DNA of 64,000 nt from Octopus vulgaris (taxonomy: Eukaryota): NCBI GenBank assembly GCA_951406725.2, contig OX597822.1, positions 15,810,001 through 15,874,000 of the forward strand, given 5' to 3'. The stretch's first letter is position 1. Every line of letters begins with the position of its first letter. Under the pieces are notes generated by a model. The model saw only the letters and a program-made list of their open reading frames with translations, did no database searches and was not told the origin of the DNA. The position numbers and the translations under genes are program-made. This document shows, piece by piece, positions 53,056 to 64,000 of this stretch.

Positions 53056-53553
53056 GGTCCACTAAATAAATTACTGGACTCAATACGAATGTAGAGTATT
53101 TTTTAATACAGTGTATCTTGAAGGCTCCGATTTCCAGTACTCAGAATTGCTCGTTCCCGAATATCAGATGCTAAACCGAACCTGGTTTTCTTTTGAATAT
53201 CCACTGTCGGGAGGAAACGCTTATCCGTATGTTCTGACGTCTAAAATCCTTTGTGGATGACACGTTTGAAAACGAGTGCATCAACCTCATGCTGTTAATT
53301 ATATTTGTGGTACTCGTCTCAATATTACATTTGATGTGAAATCAAAACGTGAGCTTCATGCAACTAAAATTTTCACTGGGGGTCAGTCTAATCTATTCAC
53401 TGTAGACATCCTATTTAGTTCTATATTTTGTCCCTGATTTTATTTTGTTCTTGGATCCGTCTCTCTCCATCACTTCCCCTCTTTCCCTCTCTCTCTCTTT
53501 CTCTCTCTCTCTCTCTATGTTTATAAATATATATATATAATGTGTGTGTGCGT

Positions 53554-53612
<59 letters not shown>

Positions 53613-54856
53613 AATCGAATTATGGATGATTATACTTCAAAGTTTTGTTAGATGATTCTTTTTATATATTGCCTCAACGTGCATTCTTGGTGATAAAGTA
53701 TTTGGAAGAAGCTGAATGAATGAATAAAAGCGGATGGGAAGAAGCTTAGGAAAGAAATCGGTAAATGAGGAGATCGAGAAAAGTGGCACGGAAGAGAGGA
53801 GGAAGCATTGGTCGTGTGCGAAACCAGCTCAGTAATAAATGGTGTTGAGAATAATGTGACTCATACAAAAAACTTCGCTGATGGTTGATCTCAATTATAT
53901 GAATGAGAAGATGAAGAAGAGGAAAGAGTGAAATGGAAGGAAGTATTTTCATTAACGTTAGTATCAAGTACCAAATAAGTATGATGTACTCATAACAAAA
54001 GGAGACCTGATGTCGTGCAAGAAGCGAATCAATCCTCGAAAATATGTGTTGACATCAATGAATAGGCGAACTCACAGACAAATAGGAAAGATGAGAGAAT
54101 GCGTAGGTGCAGACAATGCAGACAATTTTCGCTCCTAAGAAATTGTTAATATATATTTAGATTCCATCGGGAAGTTAGAGACTTTATATCGCAACTGATG
54201 GTCGCACATTACAATTTCTGTAATTCGTGCGCAGAATTCATGTAACTGGGAGACCACCTGTAAGTGAGCAAGTGTAATACAACAAATAGATATTTATCAC
54301 TATTAATGATCTCTCAGCTTGTATCCAATCTAAAAAATAGCTACAAAATATTGATTATAATCTGATAACAGTTTCTTTCCATCGCAGGAACACTATTTAA
54401 TAAGCTTGTTACACTACTGTCATCTCAGAGTGTTCAGTGAAAATTGGTTGCTAGGTGTGGTATAAGGTCGTCAAGAGAAATAGTATGCATACATACACAT
54501 ATATAAACTTCGGTGCGAATGATTTTGTTATATGGAGCCGCGTTTCACAATCCTGTAAATGATAATGATAATGGTATTTATATAAGCTCCAAGCTTATAG
54601 CGACCACCGTGCAATGATCAAGGAAAATAGCCTAATGGGTCATATAAGCCCTCCACAGAAAGCAGTAGGCTTTCGCTTCAGCGTAGTGCTCGAACCCACA
54701 TCCCTTTCTTAACGCAACTGTGTTAGCATTACAACAATACAACAACGAGTTAGCCTCCTTGCTTCTGTCAAATTTAAGAACTACATTAATTCGTAGTTGC
54801 TTTTTCTAAACAAACTTCTATGTGCTTTCGGAGCGAATATATATATATATATATTA

Positions 54857-54896
<40 letters not shown>

Positions 54897-55917
54897 GACA
54901 GACGGGCAGATTCATATACATACATACGTATATACGCATACACGTAGATGTAGACATATAAAAGTATATGTATAAATATATTTGCATATAAATTTACGCA
55001 CGCACACACACACACACACACAAATATATGCGCAAATATTTTTAGTTAACATAGAATGTTTGAATTTTAGCGGATGTCGTAATATACATTGTGTCCCTTT
55101 ACGTCTCGAAAATAGAAAGCAATAAAACATGTCCAATTTGAGATGAGTATTGGGGCTTGCCATTATGAACTAAAAGCCACGGAAGGTGGTGATCCAGCGT
55201 GAACGGAGCTGAATGACGTCAGCCTTTACGGAATTAAAAGGAAAATCCTTGAATATTCCAAGTGGAATTGGTTTTAAATATTCGATTATATGATTATGTG
55301 ACAATAAATATTAAAAAATATTATCTACCAAAACACTAAACTTCGATATAGTGAAATCGTGGAGTTACTAATAACTTCTGTGTGTTTGTGATATAAAGGA
55401 TTTACTGAAAGTCATTTAGTAACAGGTATATCAAATATTTAAGTAGGAAAAAATACCACGTAGAAGTTAACTATTCGTGAAAGGAATATCAGTATGAAGT
55501 GGGGGGGGGTGTTATAATTCTTATATGCGAGTTAAGGTGAAATGGAAGCTGTATAAAAGAAATATTTCAGAATCATTGAATGGTGAAAACTAAAGTTGGC
55601 AAAGAATGGAATTAAACGGAAATACGTGTGATAGATAACTTAAGCACGCAAAGACGGAAACACACAATCATATGCAGTGTTACGGGCTTATATATTTGCA
55701 TAAGTTCATATACGTATGCATATCTATTATATAAGTAAACGCATATATATGCATATATATGCATATTTATAAACAGACATACACGCGGAGAGTAATTTAT
55801 TTATATACTATAGAAATTAATATACAAATGCTTTTGTCATATCGGCCATATATATCTATCGACATTCATGTAATATATATATATATATGTGTGTGCGCGT
55901 GTGTTTGTGTGCATGTG

Positions 55918-55951
<34 letters not shown>

Positions 55952-56457
55952 AATATATACAAACATTCATATATATATATATATATACGTATACATGTGT
56001 ATATATGCATATTCATATACATATATACACATACATACGCACACACAGGTATATATATATACATTTATATGTGTGTATACATTTACATTAACACCGATAC
56101 ACACACATGTGTATGAATATGCATACACAAATATACACGCACATAATGAATTAACCCAGCCATTATGATGGTGGCCAGGTTTCGTGGCAATATCTTCTGA
56201 AAGATGTAATAGTAAATTCTAACTGTTTGGGAATACGCCAATTCCGCATCTCTGATCTTTAATTGAAACAGATAACTCAATGGCACCATTGACAGCAGCG
56301 GACTAATACTTCATGCAACGACTTCATTCGTAATGATAGTTGTTGAAAGTCAATTAAAATCATCTCTGTAAATCCCTTTGATCTAAAGTGGACGTTGAAG
56401 TAGTTTTCATTCAATATGAACTATTTCTATAATTTTTGCTAAATATCAATCTGATAT

Positions 56458-56527
<70 letters not shown>

Positions 56528-56614
56528 GTAGGTCCCAGGTTGAGTCGGGGTTAACCACAGTAAATAAGGTACTCAATACATAGCAGAGTAAATTAATTTA
56601 TTTTATAGAAGGAG

Positions 56615-56661
56615 CTTCTACAGGACTAGAACTGTTTCATTCGAAAGAAATCATCAGGAAG
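56615..56661 (-). ncRNA. Compact type I hammerhead motif
   Basis: CTTC CTGATGA TTTCTTTCGAAT GAA ACAG ttctagtc CTGT A GAAG. 4-bp stems I and III, weak stem II, GUA site. Confidence 0.65.
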
Positions 56662-56669
56662 ATGATGAT

Positions 56670-56714
56670 TTCCTGATGATTTCTTTTGAATGAAACAGTT
56701 CTAGTCCTGTAGAA
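56670..56714 (+). ncRNA. Compact type I hammerhead motif (inverted partner)
   Basis: TTC CTGATGA TTTCTTTTGAAT GAA ACAG ttctagtc CTGT A GAA. Confidence 0.6.
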
Positions 56715-56739
56715 GCTCCTTCTATAAAATAAATAAATA

Positions 56740-56820
<81 letters not shown>

Positions 56821-56923
56821 ATAATATATATATAATATATATAATATATATATTTATATATATATATATAAGTACATATATATATATGTAATATATATAT
56901 ATATATAATATAATATATATATA

Positions 56924-56962
<39 letters not shown>

Positions 56963-56965
56963 TAA

Positions 56966-57003
<38 letters not shown>
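56740..57003. repeat. Long (TA)n-rich microsatellite
   Basis: Directly visible. Confidence 0.95.
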
Positions 57004-57007
<4 letters not shown>

Positions 57008-58349
57008 GTATGCATGTATTTATGAGTATATGATACTGTTGTAAATATACATTTATTGAAGTAATTTCATTAAATATGGCAGATACTTTGACGATGACAC
57101 TGTTGTATGTGGAACCACAAATTTATGAAGTATTCATTTTTCAGCGCTGCAAATCAACAACTCTATAAATTATAAAACCAACTAAGCAGCACAATAGTAC
57201 ATGCAATGCATCTTAAAGATTAAGTGGTGAATGTTGTTTTGTTGTGCCATAAAAATAGAATATATCATGATTGTTATGAAAGGCAAGATCTTTGCGCAGT
57301 TTGAAAGCATTGGCAAGTGTAATATTTCTTTATTTTATTACGAATCAATCAATAAAATGTTTACCATGTCAACTAGCATTACATGCATTAGTAGTCTGTG
57401 GAAGATACGTTTATATTTATCACATATTTATATGGAACACACATTTTCATTGTTTTCCTATTTATTCTTGATATTGGATAGTGGATATCTATTCACAGGA
57501 CTTTACTGAAAGTTGAGATTTTTTATTCTATTTTATTTTACAAAACATTTCACATGTTGCCATTTTTAAAGAAATTCTATTCAGAAAAAAGTCGATGCAA
57601 AATACTTTCCTTTCTATTCCGTATACAAATATCACAATGCGATGGTTTCCTAACTGCAAACGTCACTAGGTTAATGGTTGCCACAAATCTCTGCTTTGCT
57701 CTGAATATCGCAAGTTTTTCTCTGAAATACTTGTCTTGCTTTTACTCAGCTTCTTTGTAATTGTTGATGCCGAACTCAAAATGTTATTTTTTTTCCCATT
57801 TGCTTGCCATCGGTATTTTGAGAAAAAGACTTTTAGTTTTATTTTAAACTTCCTATTTCGCAATCTTCACCTAAGGCTGTGAGTTTTCTTAATTTTTATT
57901 GCCATGTTCACCGACAAAATCTTCAACTTGGCGCTGATGATTTTTTTCAATGTATTTTAAATAAATATATCCAATAAATACAATAAATCATAGAATTTTG
58001 TTTATTTCGATCAAAATTTTCAAGAAAAAAAATATGTATTTAACAAAGGAAATAATTGATGAAATCGTTTTGTTTGTTTAGCTCAAAACTGTTCAAAAAT
58101 GTATTTAAGCAATAAATTATCTTGTAATGTATAAGAACTGTTTAGAAATTAAAGAGTGTTATAAAGTTTACTTTTGAAAATTTATTCATATTTTCTTACC
58201 GGAATATGTTTATTGTCTATCATCACAATAGCAATCAAGCGGTCTTGTTAGTATTTCTCCAACAGCGTCAAAGTTTTCTGAAATATTTCATCTCGATCTT
58301 ACTTGAATCCAAAATGAACCCGTTTTCCAATCATGTATCAGTTCATATT

Positions 58350-58810
58350 TTTATAACTTTCAATCAGTCTTTTCGTTAATTCCTTGTAGTTATACCCTTT
58401 GATAATTCTTTTAAATCTATGACACTTTGTGAGAAATGCGCACGATGCTCCTATTTCGTATCTGCACATCTTACAAATCTTATGACTTCAACTTTGCATT
58501 TTCTCGAGATCCACTCAATATGTTAAGTCTACATTGGACATCTGAGAGATTCGGAAACTCCAGGCCCCCACCCTATGAAGTTTTACTTCAAGATCAAGAC
58601 CTTTAAAACATGTGGTATCAATCTAAATTTTTCGGCTTTAGATGAAACTATATAACAATGCTAATTTTTCCTGGTTACAAGCAATTACTTCAATTAAGAC
58701 CACTGAACCTACCGATAAAGATTAGCAACCAACCTAATATCTGGCAACGATAGGAAACATATATTAGGCATATCCACTCTCCAAGTCAGGCATAAAACAA
58801 ACGTATTCAA
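58350..58810 (-). mobile_element. Possible very decayed PLE-type RT remnant
   Basis: Scattered minus-strand fragments (ANLY, LDLEV, FPNLS, KGYNYKEL) in the expected order; weak. Confidence 0.25.
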
Positions 58811-59098
58811 ATCTTTCTATTCATCCCGCTATAAATCTTTCTCTACGTCTCTCTTAAATTTGGGGCAGAAGCTCTTTAATAGTTTTAGTTTCCTTCTGTT
58901 TGGAGCGAATAATGTGGATGAATATTGGATGCTGTCGAGGAGTGAATCTTACACTACAGAACAACAACAGAAACTAACGTTTCGCATTTGTCAAGACAGA
59001 CCAGCAATGACATTAAAATGAACTACAATTTAGATCTTTACATACCTTTTCTAGTACACAATAATTCTGAAATATAGGTCACAAACATACACAGACAA

Positions 59099-59140
<42 letters not shown>

Positions 59141-59166
59141 CACACACACGCACATATTCACACACA

Positions 59167-59208
<42 letters not shown>

Positions 59209-60300
59209 ATCAACAGCTTCCGTATACTACATGAAGTGTTCTAGGCTTGTCATTTTCGCAAATAATCATTCCAGAATACAATCCGTATGTTATCCACTGT
59301 CTGGCACCGTTCACAATTTGATGTTCATTCCTCACATAATATCCACAAATATTTATAGAAATTTGGGACGGTTTCTATATTCTCTATTTGTCATATTCTA
59401 AAGATTTAGTATTCCAACTACTAGCATTTTAAAACAGGACATGATTTTAGATTTACAAAATATGAAAAACTACAAATAAAAATTACATAGGAATTGCAAT
59501 GGTGACACTGTAATTTCCAAAACAGAAGCAACTAATATGATATCGGGATCAGCGCAACACATTTAGGAACAGAACCTGAAGAAATTCGCAAATAATCAAA
59601 GAAAAGTCTTTGTGAAGTAGTATAATGCATGATATGGTTTTGTGGAACGTAATATTACTTAAACTCATGCAAGAAACCTCACCATAGTATGGAAATTTGT
59701 GGCATTAAAAATATTCAGTTATGTAGGGAACGTTTTAAACGAGAATAATGAATACTTTTATACATGAAAATGTATTTCATTGAATATATTAATGTAGAGA
59801 AACCAAAACGATTTCATACAAATCTTACCTTAAAATTCATGCTGACAGTCTGATATAATCTAAACTAAAATATTCCGAATAATACTGGTAGCTGTGCAAT
59901 AGTGACTGCAAATACGCTAAAAGCAGACACATATATTTACTTATAAATGCAGCAATTCCTACAAACCTATATTTTCCCTTATCTTATCAATGTGCGGGGG
60001 GCGAATTTATCACTCATTTGTAAAGCATAACTGTGTTATCAGTGTATGGCCAAGTGCTGCGAAATGGTGGAATCATTAGAATGTGGAATAAAATAATTCG
60101 TGTTGTAAATTCCAATTGTCTGCGTTCAAAATTCATTTTGCAGGAATTTAGCTTTGTGTTGTAACTGCTTTTTTGAAATCAAAAGTAAAAATGAGCAAAT
60201 CTATTTTTTATTTCTACAAAATCTCAACGGATATAATCGATATCAATTAGCTCACAGCTTCTATATTTTCCGATCATCTTAATGAGAAAAGTATCTAAAA

Positions 60301-60327
60301 TAACAACAACAACAACAACAACAATAT

Positions 60328-60362
<35 letters not shown>

Positions 60363-60390
60363 ATGATGATGATGATGAAGATGATGATCA
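60301..60390. repeat. (AAC)n/(GAT)n microsatellite
   Basis: Directly visible. Confidence 0.95.
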
Positions 60391-60500
60391 TTATATTTCA
60401 ATTCTAATAATTATATACAAATATATGAAATACATTAAGACTGCCAACGGTAAAACTGAAAACAATTTATATTGTTACATTACGTTCTTTTCTGACACGT

Positions 60501-60568
<68 letters not shown>

Positions 60569-63232
60569 ATGTTTGGCTAATTCGCAATTTTACAACCTAA
60601 AGGCAGAAGACAAAGAACATGATTAGACACTTTGATGCTCAAGCAGTGAGGCACAGTGAGGTGCAGTGAGAGCCACTAATGAGAATTAAGGTACGCGAGC
60701 TCCCCCCGGTCTCAGCCTATCCACTCCTCTACGCTTCGTATCGTCTCCTCAATATAAGTTGTTGTTTTTTTTCCTACACCTTCCCTGAATACGTCGGAAG
60801 CCGTAGACTACATTCGTAATCTTAAAGTTAACCTATAGGTTCTTCTTACATACTATGCAGTTGCTCTCGAATGGGTATTTTTAATAGATCAGCGATTTCA
60901 ACGAACATGACACTCTGATATTTTTGGTTTTTTATAAAGATACAAAACTCCATCTTCAACCTGAGAAGAGCCCTCCATAGTTTGACTGTTCTGCTTACAG
61001 ATTAGATTTATAATGTGCGAATAAGTTGGCTGATTTCTTTTTTATTAAATTAAAACCAAGCGTATCCAGACTGACAATAAGGAATTATTTTTGGTATAAA
61101 TATTTATTTGTAATCCTGTTATAGAAGCTCGAGGTTTGGAAGCAGTTGTCCATAGTTATCATCGTTCTCTTTGATTTTCAGAGATATTCACATCAGCAGG
61201 ACACCTGATCTCTATGACGGTTCATACATTTTCTTGTATGTCTCAAACAACAATATCTGGCATGTTATGCTTACACTACATTTGTCTTACTCTTGAAAAA
61301 TTGGACAAAATATTTAAATGATTTTTGCATTGGAAGTTGTCTCATTTTGAAAAGTTGAAATAAGTTGCGAAGAAATATCGATAAACAAGTGAAGGGTTGT
61401 AAAGATGACACGCAACAAAATTATTAAACTCGATAAATAGGTATACATATCATATGATAAAGAAAAAAGAATCTACCGTGTTATGCTGTTCACTACGAGT
61501 AATATAGTTTTAGAATATATTAATTTGGGTAAATTCTAGTTATTTTATTCAAAGAGAGAATACGAAAATATTCGAGAACGGCTGAAGAATTTGTGAAGAA
61601 TACTTAAGAGAAAATAACAAAGTGGTTATAAGAAGGTTTCTATATCAACTCACCTTAGTAAGAATTATCCGAAATATAGCTTTCTAAATGATAAAAAAAT
61701 GATAGATAAATTTAATTTAATGTAGAATGAAATAAGGATAACCACAAAGACGAGTTTAATATTAATAAATATATCTTTTGTGTTAAGGGTAGCAATTAAA
61801 CCGGAGAAACAAAAGAGAATTATGACTTAATTGAGATGCAAAAACAAAATATTCTGTTTAATATTTATTTATTAAGAGACTGAACAGCGTTGATGTCTAA
61901 GCGCAACAGAAATTATTTTCTTGCTACAGGAGTTAACAAATGTTTGTATATACAGTTTATGGTGAGCCATTAACAATATAGACAACCCAACAGCTTCTAT
62001 CTTCCATATTTTACAGACAAAATTATAACACCATCCAAAAATAATCTCTCTACAGTTACATAATTACAACATTTGTTTGCTTATAGTAACGAAGACTGCG
62101 CAGATATATTTCTAAAACAAAAAGTAAGCACTTTATCGTGATTTAACTAAGAATTCCATCATAGCGTGGTCACATTCACGGAAAATTATAAATGTCTGAG
62201 TTAATTGACCATATTTCAACAAAACGTCTTTCGAAGCTCATAACAAAAGCTATAGATACGATATATGGGCATATCGATCTCTAAATATATTGAAATAGGA
62301 GAACCATCGCATAAATGAAAAACAGACGTACTTTTCTGACAATAAAAATGGTTGTCGAAATGCATAAGACGAGGTGCTAAATATAAAACAAGACATAGCA
62401 TGCTTACATTTGGATTTACTTATGTATCTAATATGTTGTTAGTGAGGAAAATAAATTTTCGAATAGTTGTTAAATGTCTGTTAACAGATAGGAAATCCTT
62501 GTTCGAAATAAATGGTTTGAAAGGGGAGCAGAACTGTACCCAATGCAATCATCCAAGGTGAATTTCTCTGTTTAACTTTCGCATTGCAAAATAAATAGAA
62601 CTTCCCAACGTCACTGAAATAACGATTTACAGATAGATATAGATAAAGCACGCTTAATTATTTTCAGCTTAACAGTAACAGCAGCGATCAAAAAGGAAGT
62701 ATTAGAAACATAACGGGATAATATTTATAAGATTCAGGAATAAAATAGCCAATCCATCGCTAATAGCAGATCTAGATGTGATACTCTAAAATAGTCAGCA
62801 TCATTCACACACACAATAAAAATACATTTTCAAACAAATATCATAGCAAAATCTTTCTAATCACTTATTAAATGAAATCGAATGAAGAAAGATGGGACGA
62901 TCTTGGAAGTGTTCAAATTAATGGAGTTTAACCCGATGAGAGTGAAATATAGTTATTGAAAGATAAAGGTTTTACTTGAACAACAATAACAATAAGAAAT
63001 AAGAAATCATTTAAGAAATATATGCTACATTTCGAAATGTTATCCATGAAATGAGCCTCTCTTTCTCAACGTAATTTTCACTGTAAGAATTATGTTTGAA
63101 GTCTAGCACATATTTAAACAATGATATCAACACTAAAGTGTCTCCCATTTCTCCCCGTGTCCTGGTGCAAGCAGTAATACTGTTAAACATCAACAAATGT
63201 TATTGATATCAATGTGTTCGTTTTTGTCAAAA

Positions 63233-64000
63233 TCAAGTGTGGAGAACATCATCCATCGTGTGGTGTCCATTTTCATTGTTACATTTCTGAAGGTATTTTT
63301 GAAAGTTGTCCACCACTCTCTCCAACATTGGTCTGTCGATTTGGGCGACTTCCACGCCAACAGGTCCTTTCAAATCGTCCAATGTTCGGGACTTGTGCGC
63401 ATAAATACGTGCCTTGAGGTTTCCTCACAAGAAATAATCAGACATGGACAACTCAGGTGACCGAGCGTGGAGCAAGGAATTTCGGCAAACCTGGAAATGA
63501 GGCAATCATCGAAGAGAGGGCGAAGAACGTCCATTGATGCTTGGCTGTGTGAACCATCGCCCCATCCTGCTGAAACCGCATACGTCGAATAGGCATATGA
63601 ATTCGCCGTAATTCGAGTACGAAGAATTTTTTTATCATCTCGATGTAACGCTCAGAGTTCGTAGTAAGAGAATTTCCGTTATTGTCTCCAAAAAAAGTAA
63701 GGACCCTAACCCTAACCAAAAGTGACGGTCTCGTGTGCTTTTTGAACAGCACACGAGACCGTCACTTTTGGACTGTGAAGTGGACTTTCGTGCAGTTCTC
63801 TCGGATTTTCAAGAGCCCAGTAATGACAGCTCTGTTGATTCACCGTACCACTGAGATGAAAATGAGCTTTATCACTCATTAATAAAATGAGGTTGCCCTT
63901 TGCCTCAAAAATTGCTTCCATCTGACGTGCGAAGTTAAGCCATCCTGCATAGTCCCATGCTTTCAACTGTTACTCAATGATCAATTTGTATGGATGGAAA
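63233..64000 (-). mobile_element. Decayed Tc1/mariner-superfamily transposase, probably DD41D (rosa-type); continues past the window end
   Basis: SDKAHFHLSGTVN, PLHSPKVTV, ERYIEMI, FQQDGA.VHTA, RSPELSMSDYFL*G. About 41 residues separate the second and third Asp after correcting frameshifts. Confidence 0.85.

Larger units (their letters stand above)
56596..56734. repeat. 65-bp-arm fold-back consisting of two divergent hammerheads, inside (TA)n
   Basis: 56596-56660 versus 56670-56734, one mismatch, 9-bp spacer. Confidence 0.95.

Overview
AT-rich animal genomic DNA, dense in microsatellites and transposon debris. The SINE repertoire and the (TA)n/(TACA)n density suggest a coleoid cephalopod such as Octopus (inference). 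I found no host protein-coding exon I can support; most ORF-track entries are translations of simple repeats. Recognisable elements are a full-length 1.29-kb mariner, a TSD-flanked ORF1-only (zinc-knuckle) non-LTR element, a decayed Penelope-like element (PLE: RT + GIY-YIG), fragments of R4/Dong-type and HERO/NeSL-type REL LINEs, a CR1/L2-type LINE relic, three Helitron-type elements, a DD~41D Tc1/mariner running off the right end, and about 15 tRNA-derived SINE copies. The most interesting signal is non-coding: several sequence-unrelated type I hammerhead ribozyme (HHR) motifs. Most sit as divergent inverted pairs (fold-back cassettes) in or beside (TA)n tracts, and two have unusually long stem II hairpins. 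All pairings and coordinates were worked out by eye.
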